A stretch of DNA of 64,000 nucleotides from assembly GCA_964016885.1 (NCBI GenBank), contig OZ024740.1:270506001-270570000 (forward strand). Reading direction: 5' to 3'. Positions 12,504 to 29,552 of this stretch are shown here, piece by piece (the stretch's first letter is position 1; each line of letters begins with the position of its first letter). A program made the translations under genes and the position numbers. The notes beneath the pieces were generated by a model. That model ran no database searches, was not told the origin of the DNA, and worked only from the letters and a program-made list of their open reading frames with translations. The DNA is from Eledone cirrhosa. Taxonomy: Eukaryota.

Positions 12504-12725
12504 ATAATAATAAATTTGAAGACTAAAATCCAAAGAGGGCTCGATAAGGATAAATATATATATCAGATATATAAGAACCGTAGAGCAAATATTTATTAAA
12601 ATAACAGATTAAAGTTTAAGCAAAGAATCGGTGCTTTCACCCTTAACGGGATCTTCAGAAGATCCCGTTAAGGGTGAAAGCAGCGATTCTTTGCTTAAAC
12701 TTTAATCTGTTATTTTAATAAATAA
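12501..12725. mobile_element. Small palindromic non-autonomous element with a hammerhead-like core
   Basis: ~65-bp inverted arms 12592-12656 and 12658-12722; the minus strand reads CTGAAGA-tcccgttaagggt-GAAA; in (TA)n; relatives at 47983-48106 and 49760-49858. Confidence 0.65.
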
Positions 12726-12729
12726 ATAA

Positions 12730-12802
<73 letters not shown>

Positions 12803-12835
12803 ATGTAGAAAGGTAACACACGAGTTGATATATAT

Positions 12836-15800
12836 AAAAACAAATAGTAGAAAGGAAAAAGATTTTTCCAGTAGAAAATGTTGAAGAGGTTTTTTAGTGA
12901 AATTTCAAAGCATTAATTTATTTTTCAATTGCGGATATGCAGAATATTGTTAAGTTGCCTATTTGTACAAATAGTGAAAATAATGATAATAACTAAAAAA
13001 AAAAAAAAAGGAGAAGAAAGGTTAATTTTCACATACGTGTTCCTTTAGAGAAGAAAGTTAATTTGTTTGTCCATCCTTCTCTGCTAATGGCTTGGTTGTG
13101 ACTGGAGAGGGTAGAAGCACGAGGGAAGAGGAGAAGAAGAAGGAGGAGGAGGAGACAGGGGATGGTTGTTGTGGTTGCAGATTGCTATGTGGGACCCTTT
13201 GAATAGTGGATACAAGGTTTGGCTGGGATTGGTATGAAAAGCTGGGTGACTTTAGAGTTGACCGTGGGGAGAGGAGGGGGTGCTTCTAAAAATATCTATT
13301 TTGGTATTTTTTCTTAGAAGAAATCATCAACCTTGTTTTTTTGTTTTTTTTTGCCACAAAAAAGATTCAGCGTTATTGAAATATTAATTCCATCCTAGCA
13401 GGAATTTTAGATATAGGGGATTGGTGAACATTTTTTTTTTTTGCTACAAAGCTACAAAGAGGGGAATACCCATTCTATTTTCAGCGAAGCTTCCAGATCC
13501 AGGAGAATGTAAAGCATTTAGTTTGACACCTGAATGTTTCCATTTATCCGATTATCGATATGCTCAACCACCTCCCCAAAACACTTAATAATGAACATAC
13601 CCTACTAGTGTCTTTTGATGTAGTCAACCTTTATTCCAATATCCCACACAACCTAGTAATAGAGCAATCCAATTCTGGTTAGAAGATTACCCCAATGAAC
13701 AACCACACCGCACCATAAAAGAATTCGTAATAGAAGGGCTCAAATTTATCTTGGAGAATAATTACTTTGAATTCGATGCCAAATTTTACAGACAGAAATC
13801 CGGGACTGCCATAGGCACGAAAATGGCCAACCTCATTATGGGATATTTTGAAATCACCTTCTACCGAAAAGTACGAGATAAATACGGAAACCCCTTCTAC
13901 CTCCACATAGAAAAAAACTGGAAGAGATATCTGGATGATTGCTTCATCCTCTGGCATGAAAGTATAGAAAGACATTTTGAATTTAAAACACTTCTAAATG
14001 GACTCAACACAAACATTCAATTTACAGTGAAAAACAGCCACAAACAACTTCCTTTCCTCGACAACCTTATCAAGAAAACCAACAACAAAATAGAAACAGA
14101 CATATACTATAAACCCACAGACTCCAAACAGTATCTTCCATTCAACTCATTCCACTTTAGACACACCAAAATGAGCATTCGCTACAACCTAGCCAAAAGG
14201 ATCTGCACAATAGTATCTGATAAATACACATGCTACATACGACTACAAGAATTAAAGAACACACTTATTAGCAGGAATTACACATCATCCCTAATCAACA
14301 ATGGCTAAAACTCAACGTCCAGTAACTTAGACACCCCAAACCAAGGAATGAATCAAAACTGAAAACCCTACCATACATCTCCACACACAACCCCTTAACA
14401 ATGAGATATTCGACACCATCCTCCAGAACATACCTTTACTAAAAAGAGACCTAAGAATGAACTAAATCATCCAAATCCATAAAGAGAAAAAGACAACCTA
14501 AATCAATAAAAAACATCCTTTCAAAGGCCAAAGTCCAGCCGACCCCCACAATGAACCCTACAGTAAAAAAAAATGCGGGAGACCCAACTGTGGTATATGT
14601 ATCAATCTAATAGAAGGATCAGAGTTACACTTCAAACAAAGACAACACTTTACAGTTAAATGCAATTTCACATGCGCATCAGAAAACCTGATCTATGTGT
14701 TGACCTGCTCAGGTTGTCGAGAGTACTATGGACAGACCAAAAACAGCTCCGACAACGTATGACCGTCCCAAATCAAAATACAGGAATACAGAAAGATAGC
14801 ACTAAGTGAACACATCGCGACCTGTGCATCTAATGAACAACCCAATTTTAGAATTTTTCCCATCTACAAATAAAAAGACAACGCTTCCTACATCCAACGC
14901 ATTAGTATGGAATCACAATTTATCGCCAAATACGAACCCCTTCTAAATACTTCCACTTCTAACTAAACCAAAGCTGGCACACCATAAAATCAACACCCTA
15001 GACAAATTAACCCTTTAGCAATGTAACCTTCTCCAAGATTCCAGCAACTTCTGACAACTACATAATGCAGACCAAGCAACCACATAGTAACACCCACATC
15101 AGCAAGTCCTGAAGGACCTCCACGATGATAATCGGATAAATGGAAACATTCAGGTGTCAAACTATATGCTTTACATTCCCCTGAATCTGTAAGCTTCTGC
15201 TGAAGATAGAATCGGTATTCCAGTGGCTCTGAACCCCTCTTTGTAGGAAAAAAAAAATGTTCCCCATTCCACTAAATCTGAAATTCCTGCTAGGGATGGA
15301 ATTAATATTTCAATAACTCTGAATCTTCTTTGTGGCAAAGAAACAAGGTCAATGTTGATGATTTTTTCTAAGAAAAAATACCAAAATTGATATTTTTAGA
15401 AGCACCCTCCTTCCCACCCGACGGTCAACTCTAAAGTCACCCAACCTTTCAAACCAATCCCGGCCAAACCTTGTATCCACTATTCAAAGGGTCCCACATA
15501 GCAGTCTGCAACCACAACAACCATCCCCTCCTTCTTCTTCTCCTCTCACCTCCTGCTTCTACCCTCTCCAGTCACAACCAAGCCATTAGCAGAGAAGGAT
15601 GGACAAACAAATTAACTTTCTTCTAAAAAAAAACACGAATGTGAAAATTAACTTTTCTTCCCCTCTATATATTGTTTTTTTTTTTTGTTATTATCATTAT
15701 TTTCACTATTTGTACAAATATGCAACTTAACAATATTCTGCATATCCACAATTGACAATGCATTTAATGCTGAAACCGGTATTGTAAATAAATTAATGCT

Positions 15801-15873
15801 TTGAAATTTCACTAAAAAAACCTCTTCAACATTTTCTACTGGAAAAATCTTTTTCCTTTCTACCATTTGTTTA
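12836..15873 (+). mobile_element. 5'-truncated, decayed Penelope-like element with inverted pseudo-LTR
   Basis: 13558-14960 encodes PLE RT (GTAIGTK, RYLDD, YYKPTDS) and GIY-YIG remnants (C.RPNCGIC, NLIYVLTCSGC) homologous to 59330-60775; 12836-13557 is the reverse complement of 15126-15873; TA-rich flanks. Confidence 0.88.
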
Positions 15874-15921
15874 TATATATATATATAATATATATATATA
15901 TAATATATATATATATATAAA

Positions 15922-16366
15922 TGGTAACACAACAGTTAGTTCACCCTGTCGAGAACAATTGTTAGCGGATCCTCAGCTCGTAATGGTCATGGTTATACGG
16001 TATAGGAAGGACAACCGTATGAACGCGCATGCGCAGAAATGGTCACTTCACCCAGGCAATCTAAAACTGCGGGCGAAAGTCCGAAAGGTTCTAGTTGATA
16101 AGAAAATTAGGATGTTGTTGTTATTCAATCCGGAGCTTTGTAGTTATGAAAGAGGTGTTTCCAGACATGTGGACAACGTGTGAAGATTTTATACCTTGAG
16201 TTTAAGCAATCGCTATTGCGTAATCTCTTTAGAATATTTATCCGTTCGCATGCGCGTTCATACGGTTGTCCTTCGTATTTCGACTAACCATGACCATTAC
16301 GAGCTGAGGATCCGCTAAGGTGAAACAATTGTTCTCGGTATGGTGAACTAACTGTTGTGTTACCAC
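15922..16366. mobile_element. Small inverted-repeat element with hammerhead
   Basis: Arms ~15922-16033 and 16246-16366 are reverse complements; the left arm adjoins a (TA)n tract. Confidence 0.7.
16293..16344 (+). ncRNA. Minimal type I hammerhead ribozyme
   Basis: accat..cgag CTGAGGA tcc-gctaa-ggt GAAA caattg TT ctcg..atggt; palindromic stem III acaattgt; extended stem I. Confidence 0.72.
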
Positions 16367-16515
16367 TTATACCTAACTCGTCCCATGGACTGAGTGCTGT
16401 ACCCCTACGGATCCAGTGTTCTACCTCTCCCTTTCTCTCTTTATATATATATATATATATAGGAAAAGAGTCGGGATCCCGACGGCTGAACTCCGGCTGT
16501 TTCGACAGCTAGTTC

Positions 16516-16549
<34 letters not shown>

Positions 16550-17758
16550 TAGATATATAGATATATATATATATATATATTGTTATACTTGGGGAGGGTC
16601 ATATTGTTATAATATTGCCAGAAATAATAACAGAACACACTTACTATATATACAGTGCCTAGTAGTTCTAATTTGTGTATGCTGTATGGATTTGCAAATC
16701 ATAAAGTCACTGTTTTGAAGAAGATAATAGGCGATTATAAAAGCCCCCAATACTTCACAGGTACTCTATTTAGGTTGATTGTCCGCTAGTATACCGAATT
16801 GTGTAAACCAACATCTATGGAATTCGCTATTATATTTGTTCATACATTTAAGAGAAAATAAATAACTGGAAAACTACACTGTTTAGCAAGACATGGAATG
16901 GAATGGAAGGAACTCCGTCGGTTGTGACGACACGTGTTCCATTTGATTCAATCAACGGAATAACCCGTTTCGTTAAATTAACGTGCAAGTGGCTGAGCAT
17001 TCCACAAACACGCGTATCCTTAACGTAGTTCCCAGGGAGATTCGGCGTGACACAGAACATGACAAGGCTGGCCTTTCGAATTACAGATGCAACTCATTTT
17101 TGCCAGCAAGGCATAGATACATAGAAAATCGTTCATCCTAATATTTATTAACTGACATGCTAAGATACAAAACAGAATAAATTATATCAAATGTTATGAA
17201 TTCTTTTGAATATCTATTTATAAGTAACTTTATAGGTTAAATCTGGATAAATAACGTTGGAGAGTATTGATTGAACAGTTACTCTAATGACGACCAAACT
17301 ATTATGTGGTAATGAATAGCTGAAAGGTGTGCTTTATTTTAGTTACGAGATCCGATCGAGATCAAAATAATTTTCTGCAAACTATCGCTATCGAATTGAA
17401 TAAGAATATTGGGTGCAAAAACCATAATTTACGAAATATTAATATCAGGAAAATAGAAATCGTGTTCGTTAAATGACAGACGATTTGTTTTTTTTCATTA
17501 TTTTTTCATGCAAATATATTTGTATTATTTTTTGCTGCCTTTTTGTGGAGGAGAGAGCTGTTGTTATTACTGCTTATTGATTTAGATATTTTATTTTCAA
17601 TTCTCGTGCCAATTTGCCAATTTATGGATATTACGATGTTTAACGTATTTAACTTAGTTAACTTACATAGTAAGCGATGTCAGTTATATGATTTCAATTC
17701 GCTAATGTAGCCAAATTTACTAAAAGTATCGATTTCATATCTGTCTAGGAATCAAATA

Positions 17759-17920
17759 AGGCGGCGAATTGGCAGAGTCATTAAGACGTCGGATAGAATG
17801 TTTTACGATATTCGTCCCACTTCATTGCGCGCTCTGAGTTCAAATCCCGCCGTGGTTAACTTTGCCTTTCATCCTTCCAAGGAGGATAAAAAAGTACCAG
17901 TCCAGTACTGGGGGTCGATT
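17759..17920 (+). mobile_element. tRNA-derived SINE (diverged subfamily)
   Basis: ggcggcgaattggcagagtc head, gagttcaaatccc B-box, body to gtaccagtccagtactgggggtcgat. Confidence 0.78.
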
Positions 17921-19460
17921 CTTCCTCTATAGAAAAAAATCGGCTGTGTTCAGACCTGCAGAAGGTTGGGCTCCGCTAGCTTTAAAAGTGCCCTAGACAT
18001 GCCATATGATGGTGACCCTATATCGATACTGCCAATTCACCGATATTTAATACACTATTATATTATCTCTACTACCCAGTGTATCCTGGACTTTTTCAAA
18101 GCCCCCCCCCCCCCCGGGTGGGGGGGCAGTGGTAGCGCCCGCTTTGAGAACTACTGACGTAGAGACTAAATGAAATAAGATACAACAATTACTTCACTGC
18201 TTCATTCATTCTGTCAATATACCATCCGCTAATCAATGCGCTAGGCGGCGAATTGGCAACGCCGTTAGAACGTCGGATAACTTTGCCTTTCATACTTTTG
18301 AGGTCGATAAATAGAGTACCTGTCCGGTACTGAGATCGATTCTTGCCATCTCTCTCTCTCTCTATCTCCCCCCTCTCTCTCTCTCTTGAAGAAATCGGCT
18401 ATGCTCAGACTTGGAGTATAGATAGTCTCCGATGAGATTAAAAGATGCTCCAAAACGCTATATACAACCCCACCAGAAGTTAAATAAAAAGAATCAATAC
18501 GTTACTTAATCATTCATTAACGTCAAATATAAGATGACAGTTCACTTAGTTTGAGATAAAAAAAAAAGATTAGTAAGAGGAATATATAAGGATAACAAAT
18601 AAATAAATTTAAACATTTCCTAAGATTTATTAATTCAAGAGATTTAAAATAAAGATAAAATCCAAAGAAATCGAACGGAATAATGTAGGAGACTGTATAT
18701 TCTTTTAAATTGTATTTTACTACCACGATAGATTGCTAATTTCTCTCTCTAAGCGAAATTGAAAATAACTACGTATAAGAATATTAAAATACTATGTTTC
18801 GGTTAGGATTGGTAACGTTAGAGTTTCTTTTGTTTTTTTTTTCTTGCGGAAAAAGATATCATTTATAAGGAAATAAGTACATAGAAGAAGAAGAAGAAGA
18901 AGAAGAAGAAGAAGAAGAAGAAGATCAGTGGGGTGGAGAAACAAAAGAAATATGACACGCACATATAACTATTGAAGGGAGGGAACTGATAATAAGTAGA
19001 AAACATAAAGAATCACGCACTTATCCCAACTAAGAAACAAGAAACGTCGTACATAAGTATTTGGGAATTCATTATAAAACGAATATTTTTTATAGAAATA
19101 AATCGATAGTAAAAGCTATATGGTTCATTTAGTGCATCATCCTTCGTGTATTTCATTTTTAAAAAATAAATAATATTATTTAATATGACAAATCAATAAA
19201 GCAGTGAGAAACTAGCTATATGGAAACGGGGTATGGTGTGGGGGAGGCAAAACATAATGATAAATAACGAAGCTACTTACCTTTGATAGAAGATATATGT
19301 TCGGTTATAGAAGATATATGTCCTACATAAAATATTTCAATGTATTGAGCATAAAATTTCGATAATTCTCTTTCCTAGCTGAAGTCATTTCAAATTTTAT
19401 GAGTGACGAATGACCGTTAGTAGAATATCTGAGATGTCATGCACAGAAAGAAAACAGGAT

Positions 19461-19491
<31 letters not shown>

Positions 19492-19662
19492 GGCTTAAAA
19501 TTAATTTCATAAAAAAAAAAAAATAAATCGTATGTCTATCTATGGGAAATTGCTACTAAAAATGATAAAGTGATGGCTTATAACAATGAATAGATGCATC
19601 AATTATTTTTCGCATGGTTGTAACTTATTACTGTTGCTATCGTTAATAAATCAATGAACAGA

Positions 19663-19766
<104 letters not shown>

Positions 19767-19856
19767 GATAAATCTACTAATCAATGGTCGGGTCGAAACC
19801 GTATGAACATGGCGTGGAGCAAAGTTTAAAATACAAATTTTTTTTATATATATATC

Positions 19857-19968
<112 letters not shown>

Positions 19969-20143
19969 TTTGAGTATGTGTTTACTGACACTTCAGTGTG
20001 CAGATTAGAGCATTCAACGAAGTGCACAGGTGGGTCTGTTTAGAATTCCTTCATTCTAAATCATATGTTTTCAGTTCCTTAGAGGATTAACACCGCAATC
20101 TATTCAACATTATGTCTTCCTGTTTTTTCGGTTCAAGCTCTAA

Positions 20144-20200
20144 CTGCCTGATGAGGTAATAACTGTTGAATAATGGCTATTACCGAAATATATATAGCAG
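20144..20200 (+). ncRNA. Minimal type I hammerhead ribozyme
   Basis: ctgc CTGATGA ggtaata...tattacc GAAA tatata TA gcag; perfect stem I, 7-bp stem II with G10.1-C11.1, palindromic stem III. Confidence 0.85.
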
Positions 20201-20358
20201 CCAATATGAATAAACGAAGTTAATTTTAACCTATTGGTTTACACTTCTTATTCTATATATATATATATATATATATTATAGTATGCTTCCTTCAGATAAA
20301 AGCCAATATCTGGTGTTAAGATATTGACATACCCAGAGCGTGACCTTACAATATAAAC

Positions 20359-20459
<101 letters not shown>

Positions 20460-20486
20460 GGGTGTGCATGATTGTGTATAGATTAT

Positions 20487-21533
20487 ATTAATAAAAGGAT
20501 AAAAGGAATTCCAACTTTGTCTGATTTACTCGTTTTATTTACAATCCTTTAAAATTATAATGATATTATAATGAAATAGTATGGTAGAATATTAAATGTT
20601 AAAAGTACTTTCATGCTTTTGCAATCTTCAGGTTCATATTCTGTGATGATAGTCAAGATTGCAATTTTCAACTATAATGAGATGGCTGAAATCTGTGCCT
20701 TATATACAGTAAAAAGGGGCTACAGAATGCTAAGTTTTGCTAACTGTATTTCGACCAATCGGTGTGTAGTTCCACTGGATTACTAAAGCTGATTGGTTTA
20801 GGCATCACGGTTGGTTGAGCATGTCTAACGACTTCTATTTGACCCTATCCAAAGCATCAATTGTTTTGCTATTTTTAGAAATGATGAAAATAGCATTTTC
20901 TAGGGTTTTTATAAAAAGTGTTCACCATCAACATCACTTTTATTATTATTATTATTGTTGTTGTTAGTGGTGGTAGTCGACATGGTCGTAGGCGTAGTCA
21001 TAGTAGGGGTGATACACCTAAGCATTATTATTGTTCATTTAGCTTGGGTTGGAATTTATCAAGAAAATTCTTTTCCTTAATTTTCCGCTTGATTTCACTT
21101 GGGCTGTGTAATTTGTTGAATGGAAATATTATGAATATTTTCTGACCACATGTTTTTAGATGGTTACTCAGGGGTATCTGACGCAAATTTGGGTATCTGA
21201 TTTGCTGTCGGTGCACCCGTGCACGTTCCGATAGTGCATTTCCAGTTTGACCAACATATAGTTCTTCACAATTCGGGCATTTAATCCATTCTGTAGCCGC
21301 TTTTCACTGTATATAAGGCACACAATTTACCCATCTCATTACAGTTGAAAATTGCAAACTTGACTGTCACCACAGAATATGAACGTGAAGATTGCGAAAA
21401 CATGAAAGTACTTGTTCAATTAACACTTAACATTTAATATTCTACCATACTATTTCATTATAACATCATTATAATGTTAAAGGATTGTAAATAAAACGAG
21501 TAAATCAGACAAAGTTGGAATTTCTTTTATTAA
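20487..21533 (-). mobile_element. 5'-truncated Penelope-like element (GIY-YIG end) with inverted pseudo-LTR
   Basis: Minus strand ~21288-21028 reads IKCPNCEELYVGQTGNALSERARVHRQQI...HLKTC...FQPKLN; arms ~20487-20685 and 21332-21533 are inverted; each arm carries a hammerhead-like motif (20603-20635 minus, 21381-21417 plus). Confidence 0.82.
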
Positions 21534-21554
21534 TATATATATATATGTGTGTGT

Positions 21555-21830
21555 CAAATGGTAGCTAAGATGCTTCCATAGGCGGTATGCCGGTTGAGCA
21601 CTCTATGCTCCTACGGAGAAGAGTATTATAGAATGGAAAACGAAAAATCAGTGATGCATCTGAACACAATTTATTGTGTTACAATTGTTTCCCCGGCGAA
21701 CAGCTCGAGGTGCGATCTGTGTGTGGATCGACCTGACTCTAGACTCGCAGATTCTTCGGACACGTCTATTGATTTCGGAGCACAATGCTCCGAAATCAAT
21801 AGACGAATGAAATTTGGTCTTTCACACTCA
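21555..21830. mobile_element. Small dispersed repeat with hammerhead-like motif (second copy 24504-24733)
   Basis: Shared atggtagctaagatgcttccataggcggtatgccgg...; minus strand 21763-21676 reads gtgt CCGAAGA ... GAAA caattg TA acac; internal hairpin at 21764-21804. Confidence 0.62.
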
Positions 21831-21854
21831 ATATATATATATATATTTATATAT

Positions 21855-22675
21855 AAACGGAAAAAATGAAACGAAATTTCTTTTCTCACTCTTAGTACGG
21901 CTGTTACTTAAATATAAGTATGTATACGTACATACATATATGTATACAGACGTACAGTAGTATGTATATATATATACACATACATGCACATATATATATA
22001 TGTACGTATGGATTCACCGAACATTTATTATAATGCTCGGTGTGTTTGTAAACAAACATCACAAATTAAGCCGTACAGTGTCTAGCAACCATGTTTGTTT
22101 ACAAACACACAGAGCATTATAATAAATGTTCGGTCAAGCCATACGTACATATATATATATGTGCATGTATGTATATATATATACATATTACTGTACGTCT
22201 GTATACATATATGTATGTACGTATACATACTTATATTTAAGTAACAGCCGTACTAAGAGTGAGAAATGAAATTTCGTTTCATTTTTTCCGTTTATCGTTT
22301 TCGTTACCCCGGCCGATTAACTCACTCGATATGCAAATTAGGCTGCTCAGACGTTAATATGCATAAGGAAAGTATATACTTTCAGACGTTCAATCATCTG
22401 GCAGGAAGGTATACGTTTCTGACGATAGCTAACAAGCTTGAAACTAGTATGGCGTTCCTTTGTCAGTGTTGAACAAATGAGCAACGTTGGTTGCTAAACA
22501 CTGTACGGCTTAATACGGGATGTTTGTTTACAAACACACCGAGCATTATATAAATGTTCGGTGAATCCATACGTACATATATATATATATGTGGGCATGT
22601 ATGTATATATATATACATACTGCTGTACGTCTGTATACATATATGTATGTACGTATACTATACATACTTATATTT
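21855..22675. mobile_element. Inverted plus partial tandem ~430-bp monomer with hammerhead
   Basis: 21855-22058 is the reverse complement of 22091-22293; atgtttgtttacaaacacac at 22091 and 22520 (period 429); (TA)n flanks. Confidence 0.75.
22413..22455 (+). ncRNA. Minimal type I hammerhead ribozyme
   Basis: acgttt CTGACGA t-agc-taacaa-gct-t GAAA ctag TA tggcgt; palindromic stem III actagt; stem I has GU wobbles. Confidence 0.68.
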
Positions 22676-22689
22676 ATATATATATATAT

Positions 22690-22753
<64 letters not shown>

Positions 22754-23690
22754 GAGTGCGTGTATATGTGTGCATGTACTTGTGTATCTATAGATTATAT
22801 ATATATGTATACATAACATGTTTTCAGCTTGTACAAAAATCCCTACGGATCTAATTGACATTGTATATATATATATATGTATATGTATGCATATGTATAT
22901 GTGTATATATATATATAAATTTTATTTATATATATTTTTATATGTTTGACCCGAATTTTCTTGGTCGTATTTTTCGCTGTGCGAATGATTGTTTAAGCAT
23001 CGTCTCAGTGTGTTGGTATTAAACGTTAGTTATAGCTCTGGTTTATCCGAACCATTGAGCACTTTGCCGCACATTTCGAAGATTGTTTTTTCGTTATTTC
23101 GTGGGCCGAAGTTCCGATTCTCGATAATTTATTTGTATATATATATATATAAAGTTTTCACACTACATGGCTGAATACAATAAATGTAATCTGAGTTTTT
23201 TGAATATTAATAATAACATTCGAGTCCCTTGCAATTATGCAAACAAGCCTCGTTTTTAAAGCCATGTCAGTAGAATGAGCCCCCCCCCTCTCTTTCTTGC
23301 TCATGTGTTGGCATGTAAACAGTTGGCCGATCAGTCACTAAATATTTTAGAAAATAGCATATATTATCACTATCTCTGACAGTTGGCAGGGGAACAGTGA
23401 GCTGTACTGATGAAGGGTGATACCCAGAAACATTAGTGTCTGCAGTTCTGTTCACATGCCAACACAAGAGCAAGAATGAGGGGCTCATTCTACTGATATG
23501 GCTTTAAAAATGAGGCTTCTTTGCATAATTGCAAACGAATCGAATGTTTTTATTAATATTCGTAAAACTCAGATTACATTTATTATATATATATACATAT
23601 ATATCTATCTATATATTATACATATCTATATATTATACATATATATATATCTATATATATATATATATTATACATATCTATATATTATAC

Positions 23691-23747
<57 letters not shown>

Positions 23748-23878
23748 CATATCTATATATATATATTATACATATCTATATATTATACATATATATATAT
23801 ATATTATACATATATATATATATATATATTATACATATATATATATATATATTATACATATATATATATATATATATT

Positions 23879-23936
<58 letters not shown>

Positions 23937-24460
23937 TTATATGTATATATACACCACCTTCTCCACTGATTGATTTGACAGATGTCTTTATTTATCCCAT
24001 TGGTACCAAACATTATTTGGTCAGTAGTTCGTTTGTGTAATGTATATATATGTGTGTCTGTGTGTGTGTGTGTGTCTATAAATATGTTCGTGTGTATGTG
24101 TGTATATATATATGTGTGTGTATGTGTGTATATGCTCGTGTGTATGTATGTTTGTATGCATGAATGAATACACTAAGCTTTAGATTTAGTAGAATGTACA
24201 ACGACTGAATCCATCCATTTGCACTCTCATATCTTTAGGTTTCTATTAATTCCCTGGGGAATTGTTTCACCAAATGCTTTGCCTAATTTTTTTTTTTTTT
24301 ATTTATTCTTTCTCTTAGACTTCAGGTATTTTCTGAAAGCTAAGCATTGGCCCCTTAAATACTACAGTGAGCCCTGCACTGTTATTGTGGGCCCTGCAAT
24401 GCCATCGTGGGCCCCCTGGGGTCCACTTTCCTTGGGGGCAACCTGGCTAGTCCAACCCTG

Positions 24461-24503
<43 letters not shown>

Positions 24504-24756
24504 CTGATGGTAGCTAAGATGCTTCCATAGGCGGTATGCCGGTTGAGCACTCTATGCTCTTACAGAGCAGAGTATGATATAATAGAAAACGAAAATTCAG
24601 TGATGCATCTGATGCGGGTCCAGAATCAGACAGATCCACACAATGATCGCGTCTCGAGCTGTCCGCCGGCGAAACAATTGTAACACACAATAAATTGAGT
24701 TCAGATGCATCACTGATTTTTCGTTTTCTATTATATATATATATATATATATATAG

Positions 24757-27584
<2,828 letters not shown>

Positions 27585-27639
27585 GCGTGTGCGCGTGTGC
27601 GTGTGTGTATACATACATATATATATATATATATTATTT

Positions 27640-28050
27640 GTTTGTTAAAATAATCAAATTAATTCAACAGTTATTACACATAGGAATAATAATAAAGAGC
27701 CAAAAGATTGACAAGTCGACCCTAAATATGACTAACAGCTCTAGGAAAGCCATGGACGACACCACATCTTTTAAACTTTGATTTTGAAAGTAGGTTTATA
27801 ATTATTAATTTAATTATACTTTTGTAGCTGTCTAGTTGGAGGAATCATAAACGGTGGTGAACCTGGTCTGAATTTCGATCCTGGTCGGGAGTAGAGTTCC
27901 CGGTTAACATTTTCAGTTTTTTCTGTGGGATGTAAAATAAAAACGGATGAAGAATACATGTACTTCTTAACCAGGATTGAACCCCAGCCCAGGATCTTCA
28001 CAGTCTTTAGTACCTACGCCTAGTCCACTAAGATATCTACGAAAACTTAT
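27640..28050. repeat. Dispersed repeat duplicated at ~29560-29970, with a tRNA-like head on the minus strand
   Basis: gagcca.aagattgacaagtcgaccctaaatatgactaacagctctaggaaagcc shared by both copies; minus strand has cttagtggactagg...ggttcaatcc (A/B-box-like). Confidence 0.6.
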
Positions 28051-28824
28051 AAAAATTCATACTTATAAACCTACTTTCCTATTTACAAACTATCTCTTTC
28101 CTGTTTAGAAACTAAGATAGAGGAAACCCCAAACATACTTAGGTAGAAATAGAATATTTTCTTTTTTCTTCATTAGTTACACACATTAATTACACTTAAG
28201 TAGATCTTTGCATATTTAGACTATTATAATCAGTTTCTATTCTTCCTTAGGTTAACCCAGAATATTTTCACTCTTGTTAAATATACATAGAACCTGCCGA
28301 ATACAAAGCCAGGTTTATTTTAATTTTTTTTATGTACTATTATAAAAGAAAATACTAGTAAATTACTGCATTGAGGCGCCGTTCCAGTGCATTAGAGTAA
28401 CTGATAACTAAATTTTAATTATTACGAATTTAATTAGTAGTAATATCTATATGCTTTGCTCTTTAGCTAAGTGTTAGACTTGGCATATTTACTTTCACTC
28501 TAACAACCTTCCTTAATTCTCATATGCTGAATATACTTTCTTACCCCCATTAGAGATTTTTTAGTTGTAGAGATTTCTCTCTTAACGCTTGACCGGCTTG
28601 GTACCCACATGTTATCTGACTCCCTCCCCTTTGTTCTACAGGCCAGTTCTGCCCCCCCCCCCCCCCCCCCCACGCCTATATGAAGGAATTTAACCATGTA
28701 CATGACACCCCCAAATCATCGACCACTCCCCGTGACAAGAAAAACAACAAATTTTTAGGATTGTTTGATTTACTACTTCTGCTTTTTGTGTTTTGACTGC
28801 ATGCCCATATATGGACCGTACCGC

Positions 28825-28915
28825 TTGATAAGTAGAGCTAAGTCCCTGCTGTCCTAATACTGCAGGGTTAGTTCGGATCTAGCTATCGAAACGGCCGGAG
28901 CTCAGCATCGGGATC
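28825..28915 (+). ncRNA. Degenerate hammerhead-like motif (family also at 16471-16520 minus, 62031-62047 and 63441-63523)
   Basis: ttgataag ... atctagct(a/g)tc GAAA cggc.ggagctcagc; the family consensus read across copies gives stem II cagctagat/atctagctg and a GTC cleavage triplet. Confidence 0.45.
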
Positions 28916-29007
28916 CTGATTCTTTTCATATTACCCACTCTACTACCCTAAATATCGAGTACTCTGGTGCGTTATCGTCTACCTGGTTTCTTACCACACA
29001 TTCTTTG

Positions 29008-29043
<36 letters not shown>

Positions 29044-29097
29044 CGTTTCTGAATTTGTTTAGCAAGATTCTTTATCTGAAATCGTGTGTTGAAACCG

Positions 29098-29489
29098 ATA
29101 TTGTTATACTTTGGGAGGGTCATGTTGCCAATAAGAAACACACGCACCAGTTGCTTTCACTTCAATTTATTATATATTTATAAATTTATAAATTTACAAA
29201 TCTACAAATTTATAAATGTCTGGTTGGTTGGTTGGTTCCACAACCAGATAGTTGTTTATATATAGTCATAGTCCTTTCGTCACACACTCTGTGACCTCTT
29301 CAGTGACTGGGGATTCCTTTCTTTGTTTCTGTGCCTTTCCTTTCTTCTGTCCTACGCCATTTTGTTTCTGTGTGTGTGTTTGTAGATTTGTAGATTTGTA
29401 AATTTATAAATTTATAAATATATAATAAATTGAAGTGAAAGCAACTGGTGCGTGTGTTTCTTATTGGCAACATGACCCTCCCAAAGTAT

Positions 29490-29496
<7 letters not shown>
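29098..29496. mobile_element. Inverted-repeat element (~110-bp arms) enclosing a hammerhead
   Basis: 29098-29209 and ~29386-29496 are inverted; minus strand 29308-29264 reads agtca CTGAAGA g gtcaca-gagtg-tgtgac GAAA ggac TA tgact. Confidence 0.72.
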
Positions 29497-29552
<56 letters not shown>

